Shown: in pieces, positions 7,664 to 15,060 of the stretch
Position numbering within the stretch: the first letter of the stretch is position 1
Layout: the number at the start of each line of letters is the position of its first letter
From: a virus
Taxonomy: Duplodnaviria > Caudoviricetes
Reading direction: 5' to 3' (one strand)
IMG/VR virus record: IMGVR_UViG_3300038412_000036
Span: 3,123-67,122 of that record
Length of the DNA stretch: 64,000 nt
Made by a program: the position numbers and the translations under genes
Notes under the pieces: generated by a model
The model's input: only the letters and a program-made list of their open reading frames with translations
Told to the model about the DNA's origin: nothing
The model's database searches: none

Positions 7664-8061
7664 AGGACGCACTTGGACACGGCAGCAACGGACGCGGCAG
7701 CGGCTTGAACGATCAAGACCGCATCCACAAGGCAATCCACAAGCCGGGCACGAGCTACCTTGATCCGCACGACCCGCGTGGCGCGCATTCGACCGGCATC
7801 CAAGCGCTGCCGAACATGCAGCGTCGCCACTTCGAAGCGATTGCGGCGGAGTTCAAGAGCCAACCCGATGTCGGCACGCCGGAACACCTCCAACGCGTCA
7901 ACCAAATGGCTGATCGCCTCTCTACCACAAACCCCGGTTTCCGCCGGGACTTCTTCGTGAAGGCAGCGACCGGCGGTGGCTACAACAACAAATCACGCGG
8001 ACGCACCTCCGGCATGTCGAAGGCGGCGGGCGTGATCAAGCAAATGCGCGGCGGTAAGTGA
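7660..8061 (+). CDS. KDAxGHGSN-tag protein 1
   Basis: Starts MKDALGHGSNGRG; cargo MQRRHFEAIA...NPGFRRDFFVKA resembles a small-phage-protein family. Confidence 0.8.
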   Translation: MKDALGHGSNGRGSGLNDQDRIHKAIHKPGTSYLDPHDPRGAHSTGIQALPNMQRRHFEAIAAEFKSQPDVGTPEHLQRVNQMADRLSTTNPGFRRDFFVKAATGGGYNNKSRGRTSGMSKAAGVIKQMRGGK

Positions 8062-8552
8062 TGAAAGACGCACTGGGACACGGCAGCAATGGACGCGGCG
8101 GCCGGGTAGCGAAGCCTATCCCGAACCACCCGTACCACCAGAAGACCGACGCAGAGCTTCGCTACATCGTCAAGGATGCGAAGGAAGCGGCGGATGCTGC
8201 ACAGAGCATGGGCAAGCTCGAAACCAAATACAACGATCAGGTCAACGACGCCGCCACCGTGCTCGGCTACCGGGCGCGCGGCGGTCAGTCCGACGCTCCG
8301 GCCGACAGGCTGGCGAGCGGGCCGAAGTCGGAACCGGTGCCGATCCACGATAGCATGGGCGACGGCCGCCAATACTGGGGCTCGTACAAGTCGGGCAACA
8401 GCTACAAGACCACCGGACCGCACGGCTCACGCGAAGAGGCAGCGAGCGCGGCGATGTCCAAGCTGACCGGCCGCGCCGCCATGCGTGGGGAAGTCTCCAC
8501 GGGATACGGCACGCACGGTCCGAGCTTCGACATTCGCTGGCACCGCAAGTAG
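8058..8552 (+). CDS. KDAxGHGSN-tag protein 2
   Basis: Starts (M)MKDALGHGSNGRG; contains DRLASGPKSEPVPIHDSM. Confidence 0.8.
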   Translation: MMKDALGHGSNGRGGRVAKPIPNHPYHQKTDAELRYIVKDAKEAADAAQSMGKLETKYNDQVNDAATVLGYRARGGQSDAPADRLASGPKSEPVPIHDSMGDGRQYWGSYKSGNSYKTTGPHGSREEAASAAMSKLTGRAAMRGEVSTGYGTHGPSFDIRWHRK

Positions 8553-8561
8553 GAGCGGCAC

Positions 8562-8951
8562 ATGAAGGACGCAAAAGGTCATGGCAGCAACGGACGTGGC
8601 AACTACTTCGGCCCTCCGCCCGGCCCGCAGACCAAAACCTATCAAGCTCGGCAGGCGATGAAGGCCGCCAAGAACCCAGACTCTTGGGAGAACAGGTACG
8701 GCACGCAAGCTGATCGCGACTACGCCATGGCGCACGCGATCAACGACGGTGTCGATGCGGGCTTCAAGAGCGCTCGCGCCCTCGCTGGTATAGACGGTGC
8801 CGCAGCTCGCGCACTGGCCTCCGGACCGAAGTCAGCTCCGGCCCCAGTGCACGACAGCATGCGCTCGTCCGAGGAGGACGAGTACAACCGCGACCTCAGA
8901 CTGCGCATCCGCAACGGACAGGTCGGCAGCGGAATGAAATTCCGAGGGTGA
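8562..8951 (+). CDS. KDAxGHGSN-tag protein 3
   Basis: Starts MKDAKGHGSNGRG; AGGAG RBS; contains ARALASGPKSAPAPVHDSM. Confidence 0.8.
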   Translation: MKDAKGHGSNGRGNYFGPPPGPQTKTYQARQAMKAAKNPDSWENRYGTQADRDYAMAHAINDGVDAGFKSARALAGIDGAAARALASGPKSAPAPVHDSMRSSEEDEYNRDLRLRIRNGQVGSGMKFRG

Positions 8952-8955
8952 GCTG

Positions 8956-9123
8956 ATGGCTTACGATGACGAATTTGATGACGAGGACGTGGCGAACGCT
9001 CTCGGTCAGGGGCACAAAAAGTCCAAGCGGCCGTTCATCCATCCGTCGATGGTGACGGAGATGAACGCGGACGAGATCGACAGCGACCCGGACAACTGGG
9101 ACGACGATTCTGACGGAGACTAG
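8956..9123 (+). CDS. 55-aa highly acidic protein carrying motif B
   Basis: Hand translation MAYDDEFDDEDVANALGQGHKKSKRPFIHPSMVTEMNADEIDSDPDNWDDDSDGD*; fills the gap in the coupled array. Confidence 0.7.
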   Translation: MAYDDEFDDEDVANALGQGHKKSKRPFIHPSMVTEMNADEIDSDPDNWDDDSDGD

Positions 9124-9125
9124 TC

Positions 9126-9473
9126 ATGAAGGACGCACAGGGGCACGGAAGCAATGGGCGTGGAGGATCGAAACCCACGTTTGGCAAGAGGGCTCCGCCG
9201 CTTCGACGTAGCTATCTGTCTAACGGTGGGCGCGGTCCTCTGGGCTCTGCGATTCAGGGCAATAGTTCGAATGCAGATGCAGCGCGTGCGCTCATGGGTG
9301 CGTTGAAGAGCACGCAGGCTCCGGTGCACCCGGCCATGCAATTTCAATCCGACCGGGCTGATCCCGGTCCGCGTCCCGACATCACCGAAGCTCTGCGCCA
9401 GCGCAGCTACGCAGGGACGACGCAATTCGGCGACAGCAACTTCGGGCGCACACTGAAAAGACCGGGACGATGA
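9126..9473 (+). CDS. KDAxGHGSN-tag protein 4
   Basis: Starts MKDAQGHGSNGRG; contains ARALMGALKSTQAPVHPAM. Confidence 0.8.
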   Translation: MKDAQGHGSNGRGGSKPTFGKRAPPLRRSYLSNGGRGPLGSAIQGNSSNADAARALMGALKSTQAPVHPAMQFQSDRADPGPRPDITEALRQRSYAGTTQFGDSNFGRTLKRPGR

Positions 9474-9730
9474 ATCACCTGATGAAGGTACGGCAGCCGA
9501 ATTTCGGTCACGCTATCGGAGTGTCGGTTCTGGTGCCGTACATTCACAGCTTCGTCCCGACGCCCAACATGTTGCCGACAGAGATCGCCTACCACAAGGG
9601 GCGCGAGGTGGCGCAGCGCGGCCGGAAGACGGACGAGTGCCCATACGATGCGGGGGAACATCCGCACTTAAACGAGCACTGGATGCGGGGGTACAACGAC
9701 CATGCCACTAATCAATCTGACAAGACCTGA
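9470..9730 (+). CDS. Rmf/CrpP-fold-like protein
   Basis: C-terminal AYHKGREVAQRGRKTDECPY...HWMRGY matches the RMF pattern G..AG..G.S...CPY......W..GW. Confidence 0.55.
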   Translation: MNHLMKVRQPNFGHAIGVSVLVPYIHSFVPTPNMLPTEIAYHKGREVAQRGRKTDECPYDAGEHPHLNEHWMRGYNDHATNQSDKT

Positions 9731-9899
9731 CGGTTCGAAAGTAGAGCTTAACCCCGACACGATCTCCTCAATCAAGCCCGCGCTCCCGAACGTGTACGTC
9801 AAAGGCGTCAAGTCCGTGGTGCGAGATGACGGCGAAGACTTCGCCGTCACCGAGTCTATCATGGAGATCAATGCGATTCTGAAAGCGATTGGACGATGA
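9702..9899 (+). CDS. FlbD-like small protein
   Basis: LINLTRPDGSKVELNPDTISSI...FAVTESIMEI matches FlbD pattern I.LTRL.G..F.LN.D.IE.I...V.ES..EV. Confidence 0.55.
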   Translation: MPLINLTRPDGSKVELNPDTISSIKPALPNVYVKGVKSVVRDDGEDFAVTESIMEINAILKAIGR

Positions 9900-10354
9900 A
9901 AGACGCGAAGGGACACGGCTCCAATCCCCGGGGCTCTCACATGCAGGGCGTGATGAAGGCGACATCGCCGATTCGCGTCAAGCCCGAAGTCGTGCAGCAC
10001 ATCCAACGCAATCCCGGCGGCTTCTCGGTCACTCCCGATGGCAAGACGCCGACGAACGGCTACATGGTCTCGGCACCCGGCCGCACGAAGATCGTTTCCG
10101 AATCGGACATCTCCGGGCCGAGCGGTCATAAACTGATCGAACAATACGCGAGCGACAACGCAGACGCACTGCGGCAGCCGGGCGCGCACATCGGCGGCTG
10201 GACGGACAAGTCGAGCGGCAAGACCTACCTCGACATCTCGCACAACATCAAAGACCGCAACCGAGCAGTGAGCGCGGGCGTCAAGAGAAATCAGATCGCG
10301 ATCTGGGACGTGAGGAAGCAGCGCGAGATCAGCACCGGAGGGACCGGTGAGTAA
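9896..10354 (+). CDS. KDAxGHGSN-tag protein 5
   Basis: Starts MKDAKGHGSNPRG; globular-looking cargo GGFSV...GYMVS...GGW.D...TYLDIS...NQIAIWD. Confidence 0.8.
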   Translation: MKDAKGHGSNPRGSHMQGVMKATSPIRVKPEVVQHIQRNPGGFSVTPDGKTPTNGYMVSAPGRTKIVSESDISGPSGHKLIEQYASDNADALRQPGAHIGGWTDKSSGKTYLDISHNIKDRNRAVSAGVKRNQIAIWDVRKQREISTGGTGE

Positions 10355-10571
10355 AAATCCCGGACTAGGGCAGTACGTCGATGGCTCGCAAGGTGCACTC
10401 ACGATGGATCAGCGGGCGGCGCGCACTCTGGCGCAGGATCACCCGAAGTCTGCCGTGCCTCCCCCGCATCGCCCGGGGATGGCTTTGGATGGTCCGGGAG
10501 AAAGCGAAGCATCGGATCAGCCGCGCAGCGGCGTCGGCGGCGCGCTCCCGATTGGTGCGTTCCAGAGCTAA
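10347..10571 (+). CDS. small protein carrying motif B
   Basis: GTG start overlapping the upstream stop; ARTLAQDHPKSAVPPPHRPGM. Confidence 0.6.
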   Translation: MSKNPGLGQYVDGSQGALTMDQRAARTLAQDHPKSAVPPPHRPGMALDGPGESEASDQPRSGVGGALPIGAFQS

Positions 10572-10588
10572 ATTTTGATTCGGTAAAC

Positions 10589-10623
10589 GCTAGTTGTCCC
10601 GAGGCACCGCCCCGGGTTATGCT
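10589..10623 (+). promoter_or_regulatory. GCTAG-type late promoter 1
   Basis: GCTAG-TTGTCC-N18-TATGCT in intergenic gap. Confidence 0.55.
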
Positions 10624-10661
10624 TACGCGACAATTTCCAGTTTCTCACAAAGGGCAGCACC

Positions 10662-10997
10662 ATGGCATTCAAGGGCAGCGCCGCACCGGTCAAGCCGGGC
10701 ATGCAGGACCAGACCAGCTCCAACATCGCGCGTGATGGTGCAGCGAAGAAGCCGCAGACCAATTTCCCGGTCAAAGAAGGCATGCGCAGCCGCGTCGGAG
10801 AAGTCTCCGGCGTCTCGGGCAGCGGCCCGAACGGCGCACCGGACGCCTCCTCGCCGAACCCGCTCGACCCGACGAAGCGCGGCAAGACGTTCCCGGATGC
10901 TCCCGCCAAGTGGGGCATGCGGGACGCGAACGGCAGCAGCGTCAATCACGAGCTGGGCAGGCAAATCCTCAACGAGGGTGCGCTCACCGGCCGCTAA
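10662..10997 (+). CDS. disordered hypothetical protein with PxKxGM repeats
   Basis: ORF track; PVKPGM, PVKEGM, PAKWGM. Confidence 0.7.
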   Translation: MAFKGSAAPVKPGMQDQTSSNIARDGAAKKPQTNFPVKEGMRSRVGEVSGVSGSGPNGAPDASSPNPLDPTKRGKTFPDAPAKWGMRDANGSSVNHELGRQILNEGALTGR

Positions 10998-11007
10998 GGA
11001 GTAGCCA

Positions 11008-11361
11008 ATGGCGTTTCCAATCGATTCCCAAAGCGCGGTCAGCAAATCGCTGCTTGAGCAGGGCAACCAGTACATCAAGTCGAATGAGTCGGCTGATCCG
11101 GACGGGGACAAGAATGTCTCCTACGGTCAGAACGGCTACACCGGCCCGTCGAGCGATCTGCCCGGCCAGCGCACCACGTCGGGCTTCCTGCCCGAGCTGG
11201 AGCCGACCAAAGATGTCGTCGCCAACTACGCCAAGGATGCCGACTTCCAGACCCGCAAGGTCTCGGCGGATCAGTATCCGGCCGCGCACGGCATGAAGCC
11301 GCGCGTGCAGGAGAACATCTTCTCTGCTCCGTCCCGCCCCGTAACCTCCCGAGGAAAATGA
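11008..11361 (+). CDS. disordered hypothetical protein
   Basis: AAGGAG RBS; PAAHGM near C-terminus. Confidence 0.7.
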   Translation: MAFPIDSQSAVSKSLLEQGNQYIKSNESADPDGDKNVSYGQNGYTGPSSDLPGQRTTSGFLPELEPTKDVVANYAKDADFQTRKVSADQYPAAHGMKPRVQENIFSAPSRPVTSRGK

Positions 11362-11756
11362 TGCTGAAGAAAATCTCCGTGGCATTGCTCGCGACAGCTC
11401 TGCTCACGTCCCCCGTCTTCGCCTCCAAATCCAAGCCCAAGCCCAAGCCAGCTCCGGCCACGGTCGAGAAGTGCGGCAACGCCAACGAGCTTTTGAAAGC
11501 CGTCACGGCCGACGGAGCCAAGGTCGAGTTCGACCTTTCCGGCGACGATCTGGCGAAAGTCAACGCCTACGTGAAGAGCAAAAACGGCGTGACCTCTCCG
11601 GACGGAACCGACCGAGTCATCGTCATCAGCAAGCCGGACGCGTCGGTGTGGATCGGCATCATCTTCGTCAAGGGCTGCGCGGCTATCGTCTCGCCGATCA
11701 ACCCGGCAAATTTCAAGAAGATCATTGACAGCGCTTTGAACGGCGGGTCGGTCTGA
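11358..11756 (+). CDS. secreted/periplasmic protein
   Basis: Sec signal MMLKKISVALLATALLTSPVFA followed by KP-rich linker; one Cys pair. Confidence 0.7.
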   Translation: MMLKKISVALLATALLTSPVFASKSKPKPKPAPATVEKCGNANELLKAVTADGAKVEFDLSGDDLAKVNAYVKSKNGVTSPDGTDRVIVISKPDASVWIGIIFVKGCAAIVSPINPANFKKIIDSALNGGSV

Positions 11757-11920
11757 TGGCTGCGACTATGAATCTGCGGGAGCTTCAACAGAAGCCCCGC
11801 CACGTGCTTGCTACCATCGTGTTTGAGCAGGCGGCCTATATCGAACAGCTCAAGAAAGAGCTGACGCTGGAGCGCAACACCAACGTACACCTCAAGGCGA
11901 GCATCGCTGAGAGGACATGA
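11756..11920 (+). CDS. hypothetical coiled-coil peptide (54 aa)
   Basis: Hand translation; TGATG and ATGA coupling at both ends. Confidence 0.5.
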   Translation: MAATMNLRELQQKPRHVLATIVFEQAAYIEQLKKELTLERNTNVHLKASIAERT

Positions 11921-12615
11921 TGCGCTACAAACTACATATCCCCTACGGCGGCAGCGTCGAGCCTATGCTGCGCGAAGCCGTCGAGAGTGTCCGGGAGATC
12001 GGCAACATCCACATCTGGTCGGATGGTGTCCCGGCTCCGGACATCGAAGGGGTGACGCACCACGAGCTTCCGCCCAACGGTGCGGCAGCAACGATCAACA
12101 TGGCGCTGCAATCGTCTTGGGACGATGATGTGGCGCTTCTGATGCACGCAGATGCTCTCGCGTACAATGATGGCGCGAGACGCTTTCTGGACTTCACGCG
12201 CGCCACGTTCGAACGAGGCGAGCGGTGGGGAGTGATCTTCACTCTCTACGACGTGCTGATGGCTTTCAACATGAAGGCCGTTCATGAAGTCGGCTACTGG
12301 GACACGAGGCTGTATCAATACGGCGCTGACGACGACTATTACTACCGGCTCAAGCTGGCTGGATGGAATATCGTCGAGAGCGGCGACAACACCGCAGTCG
12401 AGCGTATCCCGGACCCGTATCTGCCCTACGCCGAGCGCAATGATAGCGTCGGCGTGATCCACAGAGGCTCGGCCACCGCCCGGTCTAATCCCCTGTTCAA
12501 GCACATCTCGGACGGGCGCAACCACGGCAACTCGCTCTACTACATTTTCAAATGGGGTGGACTGCCGCACGAAGAGAAGTTCACTCGGGCTTTCGAGGAC
12601 TTCTACACGAAGTAA
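11917..12615 (+). CDS. glycosyltransferase, GT2/GT-A-like
   Basis: LLMHADA (DXD-like), GYWDTRLYQYGADDDYYYRLKLAG; paralog of 42589..43269. Confidence 0.7.
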   Translation: MMRYKLHIPYGGSVEPMLREAVESVREIGNIHIWSDGVPAPDIEGVTHHELPPNGAAATINMALQSSWDDDVALLMHADALAYNDGARRFLDFTRATFERGERWGVIFTLYDVLMAFNMKAVHEVGYWDTRLYQYGADDDYYYRLKLAGWNIVESGDNTAVERIPDPYLPYAERNDSVGVIHRGSATARSNPLFKHISDGRNHGNSLYYIFKWGGLPHEEKFTRAFEDFYTK

Positions 12616-12645
12616 AGCGCGCATGGGCGCGAATGGAGGTACGGC

Positions 12646-13431
12646 ATGGGCCGCGCTGAAGCAGACGATCTTGACTTTCTGGGTCCAGAACCCGCACCTC
12701 CGCAACGCACCTCCCGTGAATGGCAGGCTCTCGCTCGCAAAGAGCCCTTTGGCATGACCCGGATCACGTCCGGACCCGGCCGACCGCCCGGCGGCCAGAA
12801 GCGCACGCCCGAAGTCATGCTGCGCATCGTCCAACAGCTCTCCAAGCTCCCAGTCGCCAAAGACGCCGCTCTCGCGAACGGCGTCACGACGCATGCCATC
12901 AAGCTTTGGCTCACCAAGAGCCGCCTCGGCCAGCCCGGGGATGGTTTCGATCTCGTCATGAACCCCGACGACGATCCGTCCGAACACGTCATCGTTCGAT
13001 TCCACGACGCATACGATCAGGCACTGAAAGACGGCGCGCAGGAGGTCTACCGCGCGGCACTGACACGTGCGCTCGGCTATCGCGAGCCCCTGACGTTCCA
13101 AGGCCGCGTGATCTACAAGCTCGACCCGGAGAAAGTTCGCCTCGGCATGGAGGGCATGGACGCTTACCTGCTCGATGACGAGGGCCGCCCGGTGCCCGAG
13201 AGCGTCGAGAAGCAGGACCCGGACCTCATGCAGTTCCTGCTCAAGGGCCTGATCCCCGAGACCTTCGGCAACCGCACGAAGATCGAAATGGAAGGCAAGA
13301 TTAGCGGCGTGCTCGTGGTCGCGCAGAAGGCGGTCAGCGGCGCTGATCTCAACGCGGAAGAAAAGCTTTACACCAAAGAAAAACTACAGGTCACATTCGA
13401 AGATGACGGCGACGGCGACGATAACACGTGA
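12646..13431 (+). CDS. terS: terminase small subunit
   Basis: Directly upstream of TerL; AALTRALGY..P...DPDLMQFLLKG..PE.FGNR pattern typical of TerS. Confidence 0.7.
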   Translation: MGRAEADDLDFLGPEPAPPQRTSREWQALARKEPFGMTRITSGPGRPPGGQKRTPEVMLRIVQQLSKLPVAKDAALANGVTTHAIKLWLTKSRLGQPGDGFDLVMNPDDDPSEHVIVRFHDAYDQALKDGAQEVYRAALTRALGYREPLTFQGRVIYKLDPEKVRLGMEGMDAYLLDDEGRPVPESVEKQDPDLMQFLLKGLIPETFGNRTKIEMEGKISGVLVVAQKAVSGADLNAEEKLYTKEKLQVTFEDDGDGDDNT

Positions 13432-14998
13432 CTATGTCGGGAAGGGTGTCGTCGCTGCGAAGTTCAAACGTCGCGGTGCTGACTGGATTCCGATGGTCGA
13501 AGAACCGGACGGTAGCTTCCGCGAATGCGCGTGGGCTCCGCAAGCCGGTTCGCAGTATTTCTTTTTGCGCGACCCCACTACCGAGGTCCTGTACGAAGGA
13601 ACGCGCGGCCCCGGCAAAACTGACGCACTGATCATGGACTTCGCCCAAGATGTCGGGCGCGGCTGGGGCGCAGAGTGGCGCGGCGTGCTGTTCCGTCAGA
13701 CGCATCCGCAGCTCCGCGACGTGATCGAAAAGTCGAAGAAGTGGATCAAGCGTATCTGGCCCGATGCCTTCTTCAACGAGATCAAAACATTCTGGGAGTG
13801 GCCGACCGGCGAGCGGCTTTACTTCTCGCACTTCATGACGCCGTCCGACTACGCGAACTACCACGGCCACGCCTATCCGTGGATCGGCTGGGAAGAGTTG
13901 ACCAACTGGGCGACGCCGGACTGCTACAAGGTGATGTTCTCGTGCTCGCGTTCGACCGCGAAAGGCATGCCGAGGAAAATCCGCGCGACAACGAACCCGT
14001 ATGGCGTCGGCCACAACTGGGTCAAGTCGCGCTTCCGGCTGCCGGTGCCGCCGGGACAAATCCTCAGCGACGTGATCACGGACGCAGTAGACGAGAATGG
14101 GAACAAGGAGCCGCCGCGTCGCTCGGTGCACGGCTTCCTCGATGAAAACCAACTGCTCCTGCACGCGGACCCCGGCTACAAAGACCGAATCCGCGCCGCT
14201 GCGCGTAACGCGTCGGAGTTGGCTGCGTGGATGGACGGATCGTGGGACATTGTCGCGGGCGGCATGTTCGACGACATTTGGTACGAATACAAAGACACGA
14301 TTGTCGTGCCTCCGTTCGAAGTCCCGAAGTCGTGGCGCATCTACCGCGCATATGACCACGGTTCGTCGAAGCCGTTCTCTGTCGGTTGGTACGCCGTCAG
14401 CGACGGCACCGACCTGAAATTCCCGGACGGGAAAGTCCGCGCCACCGTGCGCGGCGATCTGTTTCGGATCAACGAGTGGTACGGGTGGCGCGGTCAACCA
14501 AACGAAGGCTCGCGCATGCTGGTGCCCGACATCGCTCGCGGAATCGTCGAGCGGGAGATCAAGTGGGGCTACCGCGACCAGCAAGGCAAGTGGTCGAGGG
14601 TCAGGCGAGGTCCGGCGGACTCGCAAATCTTCGACGACATCAACGACAACAACGCGACGATTGCGGCCGACTTCGAAAAGCCAGTGATGCTCAACGGCGT
14701 CAAGCACCGAGGCGTCTTCTGGGAGAAGGCCGACAAGGGTCCGGGCTCGCGAAAGCAAGGTTGGGAGCAGGTCCGAAAGAGGCTCAAGGCGACCAAACGA
14801 CCCGAAGGCGGCTATCGCGAAGTGCCCGGCCTCTTCATCACGAGCAACTGCGTCCATTGGCTTCGTTGCGTGCCCGTGCTGCCCCGCGACGAGAAAGACA
14901 TCGACGACGTGGACGACGAGAGTGAAGACCATAACGGGGACGAGACGCGGTACATGCTGCGCTTCGAACCCCGATCAATGTCATCAAAACGTGTTTAA
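13403..14998 (+). CDS. terL: terminase large subunit
   Basis: Walker A-like YEGTRGPGKT, Walker B IGWEELT, RATTNP, nuclease YDHG and EDHNGDETRY; start uncertain. Confidence 0.92.
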   Translation: MTATATITRDYVGKGVVAAKFKRRGADWIPMVEEPDGSFRECAWAPQAGSQYFFLRDPTTEVLYEGTRGPGKTDALIMDFAQDVGRGWGAEWRGVLFRQTHPQLRDVIEKSKKWIKRIWPDAFFNEIKTFWEWPTGERLYFSHFMTPSDYANYHGHAYPWIGWEELTNWATPDCYKVMFSCSRSTAKGMPRKIRATTNPYGVGHNWVKSRFRLPVPPGQILSDVITDAVDENGNKEPPRRSVHGFLDENQLLLHADPGYKDRIRAAARNASELAAWMDGSWDIVAGGMFDDIWYEYKDTIVVPPFEVPKSWRIYRAYDHGSSKPFSVGWYAVSDGTDLKFPDGKVRATVRGDLFRINEWYGWRGQPNEGSRMLVPDIARGIVEREIKWGYRDQQGKWSRVRRGPADSQIFDDINDNNATIAADFEKPVMLNGVKHRGVFWEKADKGPGSRKQGWEQVRKRLKATKRPEGGYREVPGLFITSNCVHWLRCVPVLPRDEKDIDDVDDESEDHNGDETRYMLRFEPRSMSSKRV

Positions 14999-15002
14999 GG
15001 GG

Positions 15003-15031
15003 CTTGCGCGATTCGCCAAAATATGGTTAAT
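15003..15031 (+). promoter_or_regulatory. putative promoter upstream of portal
   Basis: CTTGCG-N17-GTTAAT; same form as CTTGAC-N17-GTTAAT at 36408..36436. Confidence 0.45.
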
Positions 15032-15060
15032 AGCGCGCTCCCCCGGAAAGGTATAGGACC

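Noticed and set aside
7660-9935. KDAxGHGSN repeats as a CRISPR or mini-array, or as DNA recombination sites
   Set aside because: Copies differ at synonymous positions, are unevenly spaced (about 400-770 bp), and each starts an ORF; conservation is at the protein level.
13391-14932. 513-aa minus-strand ORF
   Set aside because: Antisense shadow of terL with no motifs; typical of GC-rich coding DNA.
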